Shown: positions 20,001-27,424 of the stretch, one piece after another
Layout of the letters: every line of letters starts with the position of its first letter
How positions within the stretch are numbered: position 1 is the stretch's first letter
Virus record (IMG/VR): IMGVR_UViG_3300037467_000877
Location: 1 to 46,323 of that record
From: a virus
Lineage: Duplodnaviria; Caudoviricetes
Direction: 5' to 3' (one strand)
Length of the DNA: 46,323 bases
Notes under the pieces: model-generated
What the model saw: the letters and a program-made list of their open reading frames with translations, nothing else
The model's database searches: none
What the model was told of the DNA's origin: nothing
Program-made: the position numbers and the translations under genes

Positions 20001-20269
20001 TCATGGCCACGCTCTCACGCGAGAAGCTCAAGGTTGCCGAGATGGTGCTAGGCGCCCCACTAACCCCCGGCGCGGACCCTCTCTTTGTCGCTCGGCAGCA
20101 GGTCGGGTGGACCTATCCCCAGCCAGGCGCCCCCGGTCAGCCAGCTCAGGCACTTTCCATCCCGGGCAAGGGTGGACCTCCATCGGCAGGACCACGCGCC
20201 CCTCGTAACGACCCCAAGGCAACGCCAACCCCGACCCAGTCCACAACGGGTCGCGCTCCAGGTAACTAG
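17093..20269 (+). CDS. Putative ejection (internal virion) protein, large
   Basis: 1058 aa with Gly/Ala-rich membrane-like segments (GGKLGASVAGGVAGHMVGGPLGYAVGAAL) and a Pro-rich middle. Confidence 0.6.
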   Translation: MGDPNKNGSSAAPAVIERPEAGGEIVRPAEEAGAGQALGETEVSPEEHAAEARTAERRAMFDNRSDALLTFAEGMVDAVSLGLIHETGEAADIRRDVNSSAAFAGEMVGTAVGLKVPGPLKLVAEGGEAAGAKAAKLVLGDVSEGSRAGIALKAAQGAGEMSAMMGAASVGHQITDTVLDDKEFSGYAVLEEAGLGAVLGGGMKFLEGTFGRAASRYDIGAQGGLLDPTSPAAQNVAESIKGAKGAWDAALEVHERRLGALRALQKDGVLGNYINDAPQFMADREVALKAAKAAQARLEATSFEGMVDADPKRWSKWHNAMEDYQDRLNQLDEAMQPRAFEQAQRVQPGVPGEAQAGTSGMVGGISEVVQLPNSDIAEMNELMKDPHLQAQYEAIYGRPFEPVERPTGIEGEENLGGRESPTTGNKTPVQSGRARAPISEEPTPPAGAPPETPLHDRFDVTDVDAEMASEAAPERPTPSEPNQPWTPSAPKGRFNPAEFTPTTLAAEGMGGKFIPPSGEAQALDNALSGSHPDLARTQFKFSDGYFAPAADVVQNARAFSDFMERMRVDTPMEGQPGQAQPTPVETRTPVIRRAAPTFDGTQPTPLTRAPELGKTPVVMDERRIPHEPAAGQGRLKASLREAQRAEARQAVRNYIDQWYADSKVAPRLSPGDRAAAQLRRVLDDIRATDKGRGVSASSTAIGDLLGLPIPRSALGAQLNDLYAMRRVAELAADASKGTVMKGVTKNKTLDWIVRRAGGKLGASVAGGVAGHMVGGPLGYAVGAALATRYAGFAGRAAGIAGKTYQRCLKAAAGLLKGSRSTVIARAIAGNRPYVYSDAGPIKDPIQRIQEIRRVASGGDVPRAVVASAGDLNVVHPELVQNLVASAMQRIQYLAQAAPQIQYDSLGRPMPLSVGEQRRFFETENAVNDLESILAAVQNGSVTRIQAEVLRSAHAPAFHKIAAFLVQDPEVMATLSREKLKVAEMVLGAPLTPGADPLFVARQQVGWTYPQPGAPGQPAQALSIPGKGGPPSAGPRAPRNDPKATPTPTQSTTGRAPGN

Positions 20270-20313
20270 CCTCCCAACCCCTTCGGAGCCAGCTGGGCCA
20301 TGACAGGCATTCT

Positions 20314-20751
20314 GTGTCGTACATTGGTAGCAACACGCGCCGCCTTTTTGGTGGCAAGCCGGACACTGCGAACGGCAGCGCCCCGGACATCCGCAATCTA
20401 AACACGGTTAACCAGCTCCAGGCCGAGAGCATTACCGCCACCTGCGCCCGTATGATGCGCGGGCCGCGCGCCAATGGCCACATGTCGGCTCACATCATTG
20501 TGGGCGCCGGCTCGTCACCAGTGGGCACTCTGACGGTTGGTTACTCGAACCTGCCGGACCCCGACCCGGCCAATGACGCACACTGGGTACCGGACGCGAA
20601 CGTCAGCTCGGTGGACTTGTCGGTCGTGGCCAACACGTTCCTGAACCTGGGTAACATTGACGCGGAGTACGCTCGCTTCAAGGTTACCTACACCTCGGGC
20701 ACTATCTCGCTGATTGTGTTCGTGCGGGCCGAGGGCCTGGAGCCTCGCTAA
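20314..20751 (+). CDS. Putative virion protein (beta-sandwich)
   Basis: Ends with YARFKVTYTSGTISL, a pattern common in small phage structural beta proteins. Confidence 0.6.
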   Translation: MSYIGSNTRRLFGGKPDTANGSAPDIRNLNTVNQLQAESITATCARMMRGPRANGHMSAHIIVGAGSSPVGTLTVGYSNLPDPDPANDAHWVPDANVSSVDLSVVANTFLNLGNIDAEYARFKVTYTSGTISLIVFVRAEGLEPR

Positions 20752-22334
20752 TGCGTGGGTCGCGCGCGGGCTCAAGAGGCAGCCGGCTAGTTGGGTCGGC
20801 GGTCGGGACCTCTAGCGATGATGAAGCTGCTGGCACAACCAAGAAGCTGGTCCTTTTGTGGGGCCAGTCTAACTGCACTGGCGAGGACGATTACGCCAAC
20901 AGCACCAATTCCAACGGCTACGTGAACAACTACACGCCGGTAACCATGACCCAGTGGATTACCGCTGGCGTGTCCGACCCGATTGCCTGGGTGAAGCAGG
21001 GTACCACGGCAGCGCTCGCACCCCGGGCTGCAGCCGGCACCCCTAACTTCGGTGCTGAACTATCACTTGGTCGACACCTTAACCGCGTGCTGCCCAATTC
21101 CTGGGTCATCTCCAAGTGGGGCATGACTAGCTCGGACCTAGCGGTCAACTGGCTGCCAACGGGCACGTACCCAACCAGTCCGGCGGGTAGCCCCAACCTG
21201 TTCACCCAGGCCATGCACGACGCAGCGGCGGTGGCTGCCGCTAACAACGCTACCGTCTCGGCTCTGGTGTGGATTCAGGGTGAGTCCGATGCACTCGATG
21301 CCACCAAGGCTGCCAATTACCAGACTAATCTCCTGGCGCTAATCGCCGCCGTTCGTGCTGTCTACCCAAACCTGCCGGTAGTCATTTCGCGCATCCCGGC
21401 GAGCAGCCCGGAAGCAAACAACACGGCGGTCTACAATGCGCAAACTACCGTGGCGGGCAGTACTCCGCATTGCGCTCTGGTAAACACGGACGACCTGACG
21501 CCACTGATTACGACGTATCACTTCAGCGCCAACAACCTGGTGACCCTGGGTAATCGGCTAGCGTCCTCGTTGCTCGGACTACTGGGCATCCCCGACGTCT
21601 TTCCGTCGCTCGCCTGGACAACCGATGGCGATGGCATCGGGTTTCCACAGAACGCCACCGAGTGGGCCGCAGTCATGGCGGCAGCCGGCATCACGTCCGG
21701 TGGACCATTCCGGGCATCGGACTGCACGGTCGTATCGGGCAACCTGCCTGACCTGATTGGCTCAGTGCCACTGGTGGCCAGCGGGACCGGAGTGACGTAC
21801 CGCGCGACCGTACCCGGCTTTACTCGGGTTGGGCTGTCCACCCCAGACTTAGCAGCGGCCAGCTTTGCCACGGCGGACGCTTCCCTGCCGAACATTGCTA
21901 CCACCAGCATGCTGACGTTGACCTACGTGCGCGTCAATTCCTCGCCAGGGTCGTGGCGCAATTTGACATCGCTGGGAGCGGCAGCCAGCCCACGAGTAAA
22001 GTCCAGTGTGAAGGCTGGAGGCGTTGTGGACTACTTTGATGGCAATACCAACCATACAGCCGGCGTCGCTGTATTAACGGGGGCAGTTCGGCCGATTGTC
22101 ACACAACGCAATGTGACAGCACAGGTATCACGGTTTGCCAGCGACCAGGAAACAGTTACGGCCACCTGGGACCCGACGGTGACTGGCAAGGGGCTATCGA
22201 TTGTCGGCGACACCAGCAAAGCTCCCAATGGAGTGACCATGTACGAAGCCTCATTTGCGGGGGCTGCTGCCGAGTTGTCCTTGACCCAAATCAAATCACT
22301 CCTCACTACCCTCGGGTGGGTGCTGCAGTACTAA
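20751..22334 (+). CDS. SGNH/sialate O-acetylesterase (SASA)-domain protein, probable tail spike or receptor-modifying enzyme
   Basis: WGQSN, FGAEL, WIQGESDA and a C-terminal His (TTYHF), followed by a beta-rich domain. Confidence 0.8.
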   Translation: MRGSRAGSRGSRLVGSAVGTSSDDEAAGTTKKLVLLWGQSNCTGEDDYANSTNSNGYVNNYTPVTMTQWITAGVSDPIAWVKQGTTAALAPRAAAGTPNFGAELSLGRHLNRVLPNSWVISKWGMTSSDLAVNWLPTGTYPTSPAGSPNLFTQAMHDAAAVAAANNATVSALVWIQGESDALDATKAANYQTNLLALIAAVRAVYPNLPVVISRIPASSPEANNTAVYNAQTTVAGSTPHCALVNTDDLTPLITTYHFSANNLVTLGNRLASSLLGLLGIPDVFPSLAWTTDGDGIGFPQNATEWAAVMAAAGITSGGPFRASDCTVVSGNLPDLIGSVPLVASGTGVTYRATVPGFTRVGLSTPDLAAASFATADASLPNIATTSMLTLTYVRVNSSPGSWRNLTSLGAAASPRVKSSVKAGGVVDYFDGNTNHTAGVAVLTGAVRPIVTQRNVTAQVSRFASDQETVTATWDPTVTGKGLSIVGDTSKAPNGVTMYEASFAGAAAELSLTQIKSLLTTLGWVLQY

Positions 22335-22347
22335 CCGGATTCTCATC

Positions 22348-22542
22348 ATGAATGCTGATACCCTTCATTTGCTGGACGGCTTTGCCGGCCTAGCCGCACT
22401 CGTCAACAGCGCCATCTTGTGGCCAATGTACCGCACCCTAAAGGCTATGGTGGTGGACTCCCACGAACCACGCATTACTGCCCTCGAACAAACGCGGGCA
22501 AGGCAACCCAAGCGAGCTGCACGCCCCAAGCGCTCTCGCTAG
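22348..22542 (+). CDS. Small membrane protein, holin candidate
   Basis: One hydrophobic helix, RITALE coiled segment and basic C-terminus, at the end of the late operon. Confidence 0.5.
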   Translation: MNADTLHLLDGFAGLAALVNSAILWPMYRTLKAMVVDSHEPRITALEQTRARQPKRAARPKRSR

Positions 22543-22552
22543 GCCAGTGGCA

Positions 22553-22581
22553 CTGACTTAGCTCCTGCTCGTGCTTATACT
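22553..22581 (+). promoter_or_regulatory. Sigma70-type promoter of the central accessory island
   Basis: CTGACT-17 nt-TATACT; shares TGCTTATA(G/C)T with the 677..705 promoter. Confidence 0.55.
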
Positions 22582-22644
22582 GTAGGTTGCGGTTGTCAGG
22601 CCATCCCGGTTCTGGCCCGGCCTACTCGGTCCCACGGAGGACCC

Positions 22645-23229
22645 ATGTTCCTGAAGTTGGCCCTTGCGGCCCTGATGGCGATGATGCCGAAAACTCCTTC
22701 GGCGTCCGCCGACCTTCACCGACGCCAGGTTGTGGCGATTGGCGAAACGCTCTCGCTTACAGATGCCGCACTTAGCGTCCGCGTTGAGTGGGATGATTGC
22801 GACGACGAAAACGCCGCCTACGACCCGCTTACGGACAGCGTGGTCCTCTGTAACGAGAACGAGCTGGACCCGGGATGGTCAGTCTTCGCGGCTGCCCACG
22901 AAGCCGGTCACGCAGTAGTGCAGCACTTGAATCTTCCGGTCGACGAGAGCACCTGGGGCAACGAGGTAGCAGCGGACGAGCTGGCGGCCATTGCGCTCAT
23001 TCATAACGGTGACCTGACCGATATCGTGGACGCGGCCGAGTTTCACGCCAAGGACCTGAGCGTCGTTGAGGATGACCCCCACCCGCCGGGGCCGGCACGG
23101 GCCTTCCACCTTATGTGCCTGGCTACCGGGTCCACGGCCGAGGGCTCACCGTACTGCAAGACGCTCTACCGTCAGGTCGACGCCAAGTGGACCATCGCCA
23201 TCGCCCAGGCGGACGGCACTCTGGACTAA
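22645..23229 (+). CDS. Secreted zinc metallopeptidase (DUF4344-like)
   Basis: Signal peptide, C...NAAYDP....V.LC.E, HEAGH zinc motif, E..AD.LA; GGAGG SD. Confidence 0.75.
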   Translation: MFLKLALAALMAMMPKTPSASADLHRRQVVAIGETLSLTDAALSVRVEWDDCDDENAAYDPLTDSVVLCNENELDPGWSVFAAAHEAGHAVVQHLNLPVDESTWGNEVAADELAAIALIHNGDLTDIVDAAEFHAKDLSVVEDDPHPPGPARAFHLMCLATGSTAEGSPYCKTLYRQVDAKWTIAIAQADGTLD

Positions 23230-23232
23230 CCC

Positions 23233-23601
23233 ATGGCCTCGCCAATGTTGCTTCGGTGGGCCCGGCTGTACGCCAACATGACCCCCGCCGAGAAGGCTCT
23301 GGAGCCGGCCATTGCCGCCAAGGGCCTCCCCTACCGAGTCCAGCACCCTATCTGGGCCCTCTCAGTATTCCCGGACTTCGTCATCCTGCCCTTGAAGCTC
23401 GTCATCGAGGTGGACGACCCGTCTCACTCGACGAAGGCCAAGAGGACAGCCGACGCTGAGCGGACGGCCAAGCTCCAAGCAAAGGGCTGGCGCGTGGTCC
23501 GCTGCACCAACGAGGAAGCCCTGTCCAACCCCACTGCAACCGTGGACCGCTTGCTTAGGTCTGCGGGTCTAGACCCTGAAACGTTGAAGAAGAAGGTGTG
23601 A
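23233..23601 (+). CDS. DUF559/Vsr-like endonuclease
   Basis: MTPAE, YRVQHPI, PDF....KLVIEVDD..H, D..RT..L...GW.V.R..NEE. Confidence 0.85.
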   Translation: MASPMLLRWARLYANMTPAEKALEPAIAAKGLPYRVQHPIWALSVFPDFVILPLKLVIEVDDPSHSTKAKRTADAERTAKLQAKGWRVVRCTNEEALSNPTATVDRLLRSAGLDPETLKKKV

Positions 23602-23837
23602 ACATGTTCGAGTTTATTACGTTTGGTATCGCGCTCGCGTCGCTGGTAATGCACTTCGTTAAGAAGCAGCTGCCCGGCAACAAGGTGGTCGCCGAGATTA
23701 CGGACGACGTCGACCAGGCACAGAAGGTTGTGCCGGTGGTTGCGCCCATCCTTGGTCTTGCGGACCCTAATGCTCCGAAGGCGGTTGGGTTTCAGCCTCT
23801 CGCGGAGCCCAAGGTCACCGACCACCGCACGAAGTAA
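23598..23837 (+). CDS. Small N-terminally anchored membrane protein
   Basis: GTGA overlap; hydrophobic FITFGIALASLVMHF. Confidence 0.6.
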   Translation: MNMFEFITFGIALASLVMHFVKKQLPGNKVVAEITDDVDQAQKVVPVVAPILGLADPNAPKAVGFQPLAEPKVTDHRTK

Positions 23838-23862
23838 AACAGTACCAGCTTAGACTGTAGTT

Positions 23863-23891
23863 GCCCGGCCCTGGAGAGGGGTCGGGCTTTT
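23863..23891 (+). terminator. Rho-independent terminator at the convergence of the two genome arms
   Basis: GCCCGGCCC/GGGTCGGGC stem followed by TTTT. Confidence 0.8.
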
Positions 23892-23896
23892 GTCGT

Positions 23897-24211
23897 TTAA
23901 TTGGGCTGGCAGTAGCAGTGGTTGCCGGTCGCGTCTACCCTGTGGGTTCCAGCGGGGCACGCCGAGTGGTCGCAGTTCAGCTGGCAGTGATATGTCCCGT
24001 CGGGGTACGGCGGGCTGTTATCGTCAACCACGCACCACGCTGTGGGGCTGCAGGCGGTAATGACGGTCGAGTAGTCCGGCGTACACGGGTCACCCACAGC
24101 TGGAGCGTCTGGGGCAGCGTCCGCGACGATCGGCACATCCGGGGGCGCATCCTGGGCCGGGGCTCGGTCGGACCCACACGCCGCCAGTACTACCACGAGA
24201 ACCGCCCGCAT
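23897..24211 (-). CDS. Cys-rich lipoprotein
   Basis: MRAVLVVVLAAC lipobox, DAPPD/DAAPDA linker, eight further Cys. Confidence 0.75.
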   Translation of the reverse strand: MRAVLVVVLAACGSDRAPAQDAPPDVPIVADAAPDAPAVGDPCTPDYSTVITACSPTAWCVVDDNSPPYPDGTYHCQLNCDHSACPAGTHRVDATGNHCYCQPN

Positions 24212-24621
24212 CAGCCCGCCTTCTTGGCTTTCGAGCGCTCCACGGGCGTCTTGGTGGTGGCTGTCGCAGCCGGCTCGGGCTTCATCGCCCACTTGCCCGG
24301 CACAATCGTGTTGGCAATCAAGCCGCGCTCCTTGTGCTTCTTCAGCGCGCTCGTGATGGCTGCCGCGTGGTCTTGGCCAAGCTCGGCAATCAACTCGCCA
24401 CGCGACGCGGGTGCGCTCTTGAGGTGCTCCAGAACCTGTTGCGCAATCGAGGGCGCCCCGGCGTCAACACCCGGAAGGCCTGGCCTGGTGCGCATACTCG
24501 AATGGCCGGCGGGCTTTCCAGCCAACCGGCTCAATTCGGCCATCTTCGTGTCGAGCTGGCGCTTCAGCTCGGCGATGTCAGTTGCAACCGCTAGTGCCTT
24601 GTCCCAGTTGTCAGTCTTCAT
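24211..24621 (-). CDS. Putative DNA-binding regulator (N-terminal coiled coil plus winged helix)
   Basis: IAELKRQLDTKMAEL coiled coil; SIAQQVLEHL..APASRGELIAEL...AITSAL....RGLI.....GKW winged-helix pattern. Confidence 0.65.
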   Translation of the reverse strand: MKTDNWDKALAVATDIAELKRQLDTKMAELSRLAGKPAGHSSMRTRPGLPGVDAGAPSIAQQVLEHLKSAPASRGELIAELGQDHAAAITSALKKHKERGLIANTIVPGKWAMKPEPAATATTKTPVERSKAKKAG

Positions 24622-24627
24622 GCCGCC

Positions 24628-24656
24628 AGTCTAAGGCGACAGGAGCGGACACGCAA
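24628..24656 (-). promoter_or_regulatory. Sigma70-type promoter giving a leaderless transcript
   Basis: TTGCGT-17 nt-TAGACT, with ATG24621 6 nt after the -10 box and no SD. Confidence 0.6.
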
Positions 24657-24671
24657 GGCCGGAGTACGAGC

Positions 24672-25487
24672 CTAGCCCAGGACCAGGCTACGGAGGTGTT
24701 GGAGCACCTGAGGACCGGGGTCGGTCTTGTTGATGGGGTCGAGCGTTACGTGGCCGACCAGCTCGCCCGGCATGCCAGCCCACGGCACTCCGTTCTTGGC
24801 GTAATCGTCGTCGGGAACCGCCACGAGCTTTCGCCGCTGCAACTGCATCCACAGGCCGTCCAGCAGGCTGTCCAAGACCGCCAACTGGTAGTCCGTCACG
24901 ACGTGCCAGCCGACCCCACGGGCGTCCACGTAGACGTTAGCATCCGGGACGACCTTCTTCGTATCGGGATGCACCCACGTCGAGCCCGCGCGCTTGAGTC
25001 GCCCCCCGGCTTCTAGCTCTATCCCCACCGACACGGTGTTGGGGTGAATCAGCCCAGTGCTAGCCGACTGAAAGTTGCCGTGGACGTGGCCGCCCGCGTG
25101 GTTGGCGTTTCGCGTGATGGGCGCAAACTGCACGACCCCCTCGCCTGACGTACGACCAATCATGAAGTGAGCGGCGTTACCGGCCCCTGGCGTCGTCGTC
25201 CAAGACTTCACGATGGCGTCGAATGCATTGAGGGTGTCAGTCGTATGAACCACAATGGCGCGCGGGACAATGGCTGGCCCAATGCGCTTGGCGTGTGCCG
25301 GCTTGCGGTCAGCGCCTGTCCACCAGCCATCCACGAACGTCGGACCGTGGTCGCTCCAGGCCTGCTCAGACGCCCGCACAATTGGGTGCTCGTCGTCGGA
25401 AGGCCCAGCCGTTTCCCAGTCGAACCCGCCGGGGACTGACCCGAAGATGGCGCGCAGCCGGGCGGCCAGATTATCCCACCATGCCAT
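24672..25487 (-). CDS. N-acetylmuramoyl-L-alanine amidase (Amidase_2), endolysin
   Basis: IVVHTT, AHF, NHAGG, SVGIEL, GH and KTDPG motifs. Confidence 0.88.
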   Translation of the reverse strand: MAWWDNLAARLRAIFGSVPGGFDWETAGPSDDEHPIVRASEQAWSDHGPTFVDGWWTGADRKPAHAKRIGPAIVPRAIVVHTTDTLNAFDAIVKSWTTTPGAGNAAHFMIGRTSGEGVVQFAPITRNANHAGGHVHGNFQSASTGLIHPNTVSVGIELEAGGRLKRAGSTWVHPDTKKVVPDANVYVDARGVGWHVVTDYQLAVLDSLLDGLWMQLQRRKLVAVPDDDYAKNGVPWAGMPGELVGHVTLDPINKTDPGPQVLQHLRSLVLG

Positions 25488-25674
25488 TGGGCAGCCCCTT
25501 CAGATACGCATCCTCGACCAGCTTGTAGACGCGAAAGTCGCGACCTTGTGTCTTGGCGTAGTTACGAGCAACCGCAATAGCGTCAGCCTCTCTGGTCGTA
25601 CACACCACGTCGCCACGCATCCAATCAGCCTCGGCATTCTCAGTCGGCAGCGCCGGCACCACTACGTACATCAC
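25471..25674 (-). CDS. Small hypothetical protein
   Basis: Coupled overlaps with both neighbours. Confidence 0.6.
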   Translation of the reverse strand: MMYVVVPALPTENAEADWMRGDVVCTTREADAIAVARNYAKTQGRDFRVYKLVEDAYLKGLPNGMVG

Positions 25675-26015
25675 GACGGCTCGTCCTTCTTGTCGTCGTC
25701 GCCACCGCCAAGGTCAAAAGGTGACCCGCCCAGGGCCCGCTTGATTTCCGCCATCTGGTCGTCCATTGCCGACAGCAGCACCGGCAGGAACCGGTCGTTG
25801 GTTGCGCCCTCCATCAGCTGCATGAACGCCTTGAGCTTGGCCACCAGAGCCCGGACCGCACCAACCTCGGAAGACGAGCGCTGCCGCACCACGAGCGCCT
25901 TGCTGCCAGCGTGGCCCAGGCTCAGGTAGGCCTCGTACAGGTCCTGGTTGGGAACCTTGGTGACGTCAGCGGACTCCGCGTACAGGTCGCCGTCGACTGC
26001 TTCGATGATATTCAT
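25671..26015 (-). CDS. Hypothetical protein
   Basis: ATG directly after the polymerase stop; helical composition. Confidence 0.6.
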   Translation of the reverse strand: MNIIEAVDGDLYAESADVTKVPNQDLYEAYLSLGHAGSKALVVRQRSSSEVGAVRALVAKLKAFMQLMEGATNDRFLPVLLSAMDDQMAEIKRALGGSPFDLGGGDDDKKDEPS

Positions 26016-26017
26016 AG

Positions 26018-27424
26018 CTATTTGCACTCTTTCCAGTTGGCACCGTGGTGTCCCTCAGCCCTAAGCGGGCACATGAGCTTCACCGTCTCGCACATCAGGT
26101 AGTGAACCCTCGCCAGGGCCTTGTCCGCATTTTGTTCTGGCACCCAACCCACAATCTCGTCGTGGACCACGAGGCTCACGACGTACCCCAGCTCTCGCAG
26201 CTCAGGGTCATTGGCGATAGCCACCAGGGCCAGGGCCATAATCTCCTGGCCGCCGCCCTGCATCGGGTAGTTGAGTGCCTGCCGCCACGCCCGGTTTCGC
26301 CACCCCTGCTTTGGGCTCTTTGCGTTCGGCAGTGGCTGCCACCGACCAAAGAGCGTCATGATGTAAGCTAGTCGCTCGATAAGGGTACGAACGAACGCTT
26401 GATACTTGGGCACCCCCGGATAAAACTGGTCCAGACCATTCGACAGAAGCGCCGCTCGCTCCAGCCCCAGCGGGGTCCCGTCAGGTAGGAACGTGGACCA
26501 CGCGAACCCCGGAATGGACTTCCCATAGTACTTGCCGTAGATACCAATCTTGCCCAGGTCACGAAGGTCGGGCCTAGCCTTCTTGAAGTCCTTGAGCGGG
26601 ATGCCAGCCACCGCCGGGTCCCCTGCCAGCTCCCCGAAGATGTAACGCGCTGCAGGACCGTGGATGTCCTCGCCCGACCGGACTCGCTGGACCAGCGGGT
26701 CGTCCTCCCCGAACAAAAGCGCAATGAGGTGAGCCAGGATGACCACCTCAAGCTGCGAGTAGTCCACCACCACCAGCCGGTTGCCAGGCGGGGCCACGAA
26801 CGCTCGCCGCATTCCTGCCGGGTCCTTGGCCGGATTCCTGGGGACCTGGTTCAGGGGCGGGTTCTTAACGCCAAACCGACCCGTAACCGCGCCCGGCCTC
26901 GTGTCGTAGTCGCTCGCCATCCCGAACGTCGGGTGGAGGCGCCATGTACCGTCAGGGTGAAGGATAGCGGATGCGAGCCAATCACGCGCGTACCGGCCCA
27001 TCCGCTCGCACTGGCGCAACTGCCTGAGGACGTTAATCGCGTCCCGGTGGTCCTTGTTGTGCCCCGCAATCCATTCGAGCGCACGGTCGTCCGTGCTGAC
27101 CTTGTCATCCGGGACCTCCCCCTTCTTACAATACGGACTCTGCTCCAGCCCCAGCCCCGGCGGGTCCTCGTCCGGTTTGTTGTGCAGCCACGCCGCCAGC
27201 TGCTGCCACGAATTCCAGTTGATGTCCCGTGGAGCCCACTGGCGTAGTTCGGCTCGCAGCGCCTCAGAGCGAGCGGCCATCCGTGCCTCGATATCCCGAA
27301 GGACCTCCAGGTCGACCGGACAACCGGCCCGCTCCATCCCAATGACGACTTCACCTACTGGGGCCAGGATTCGTTTCTGATACTCGGCGGCCGTCAGGGG
27401 CTCGGGTACAATCGCTGCCGCCAC
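26018..27424 (-). CDS. polA: DNA polymerase family A, polymerase domain
   Basis: TGRF....PPLNQVPR, motif A DYSQLE, motif B RDLGKIGIYGKYYG, NYPMQG, motif C VHDEI; AAGGGAG SD before GTG. Confidence 0.92.
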   Translation of the reverse strand: MAAAIVPEPLTAAEYQKRILAPVGEVVIGMERAGCPVDLEVLRDIEARMAARSEALRAELRQWAPRDINWNSWQQLAAWLHNKPDEDPPGLGLEQSPYCKKGEVPDDKVSTDDRALEWIAGHNKDHRDAINVLRQLRQCERMGRYARDWLASAILHPDGTWRLHPTFGMASDYDTRPGAVTGRFGVKNPPLNQVPRNPAKDPAGMRRAFVAPPGNRLVVVDYSQLEVVILAHLIALLFGEDDPLVQRVRSGEDIHGPAARYIFGELAGDPAVAGIPLKDFKKARPDLRDLGKIGIYGKYYGKSIPGFAWSTFLPDGTPLGLERAALLSNGLDQFYPGVPKYQAFVRTLIERLAYIMTLFGRWQPLPNAKSPKQGWRNRAWRQALNYPMQGGGQEIMALALVAIANDPELRELGYVVSLVVHDEIVGWVPEQNADKALARVHYLMCETVKLMCPLRAEGHHGANWKECK

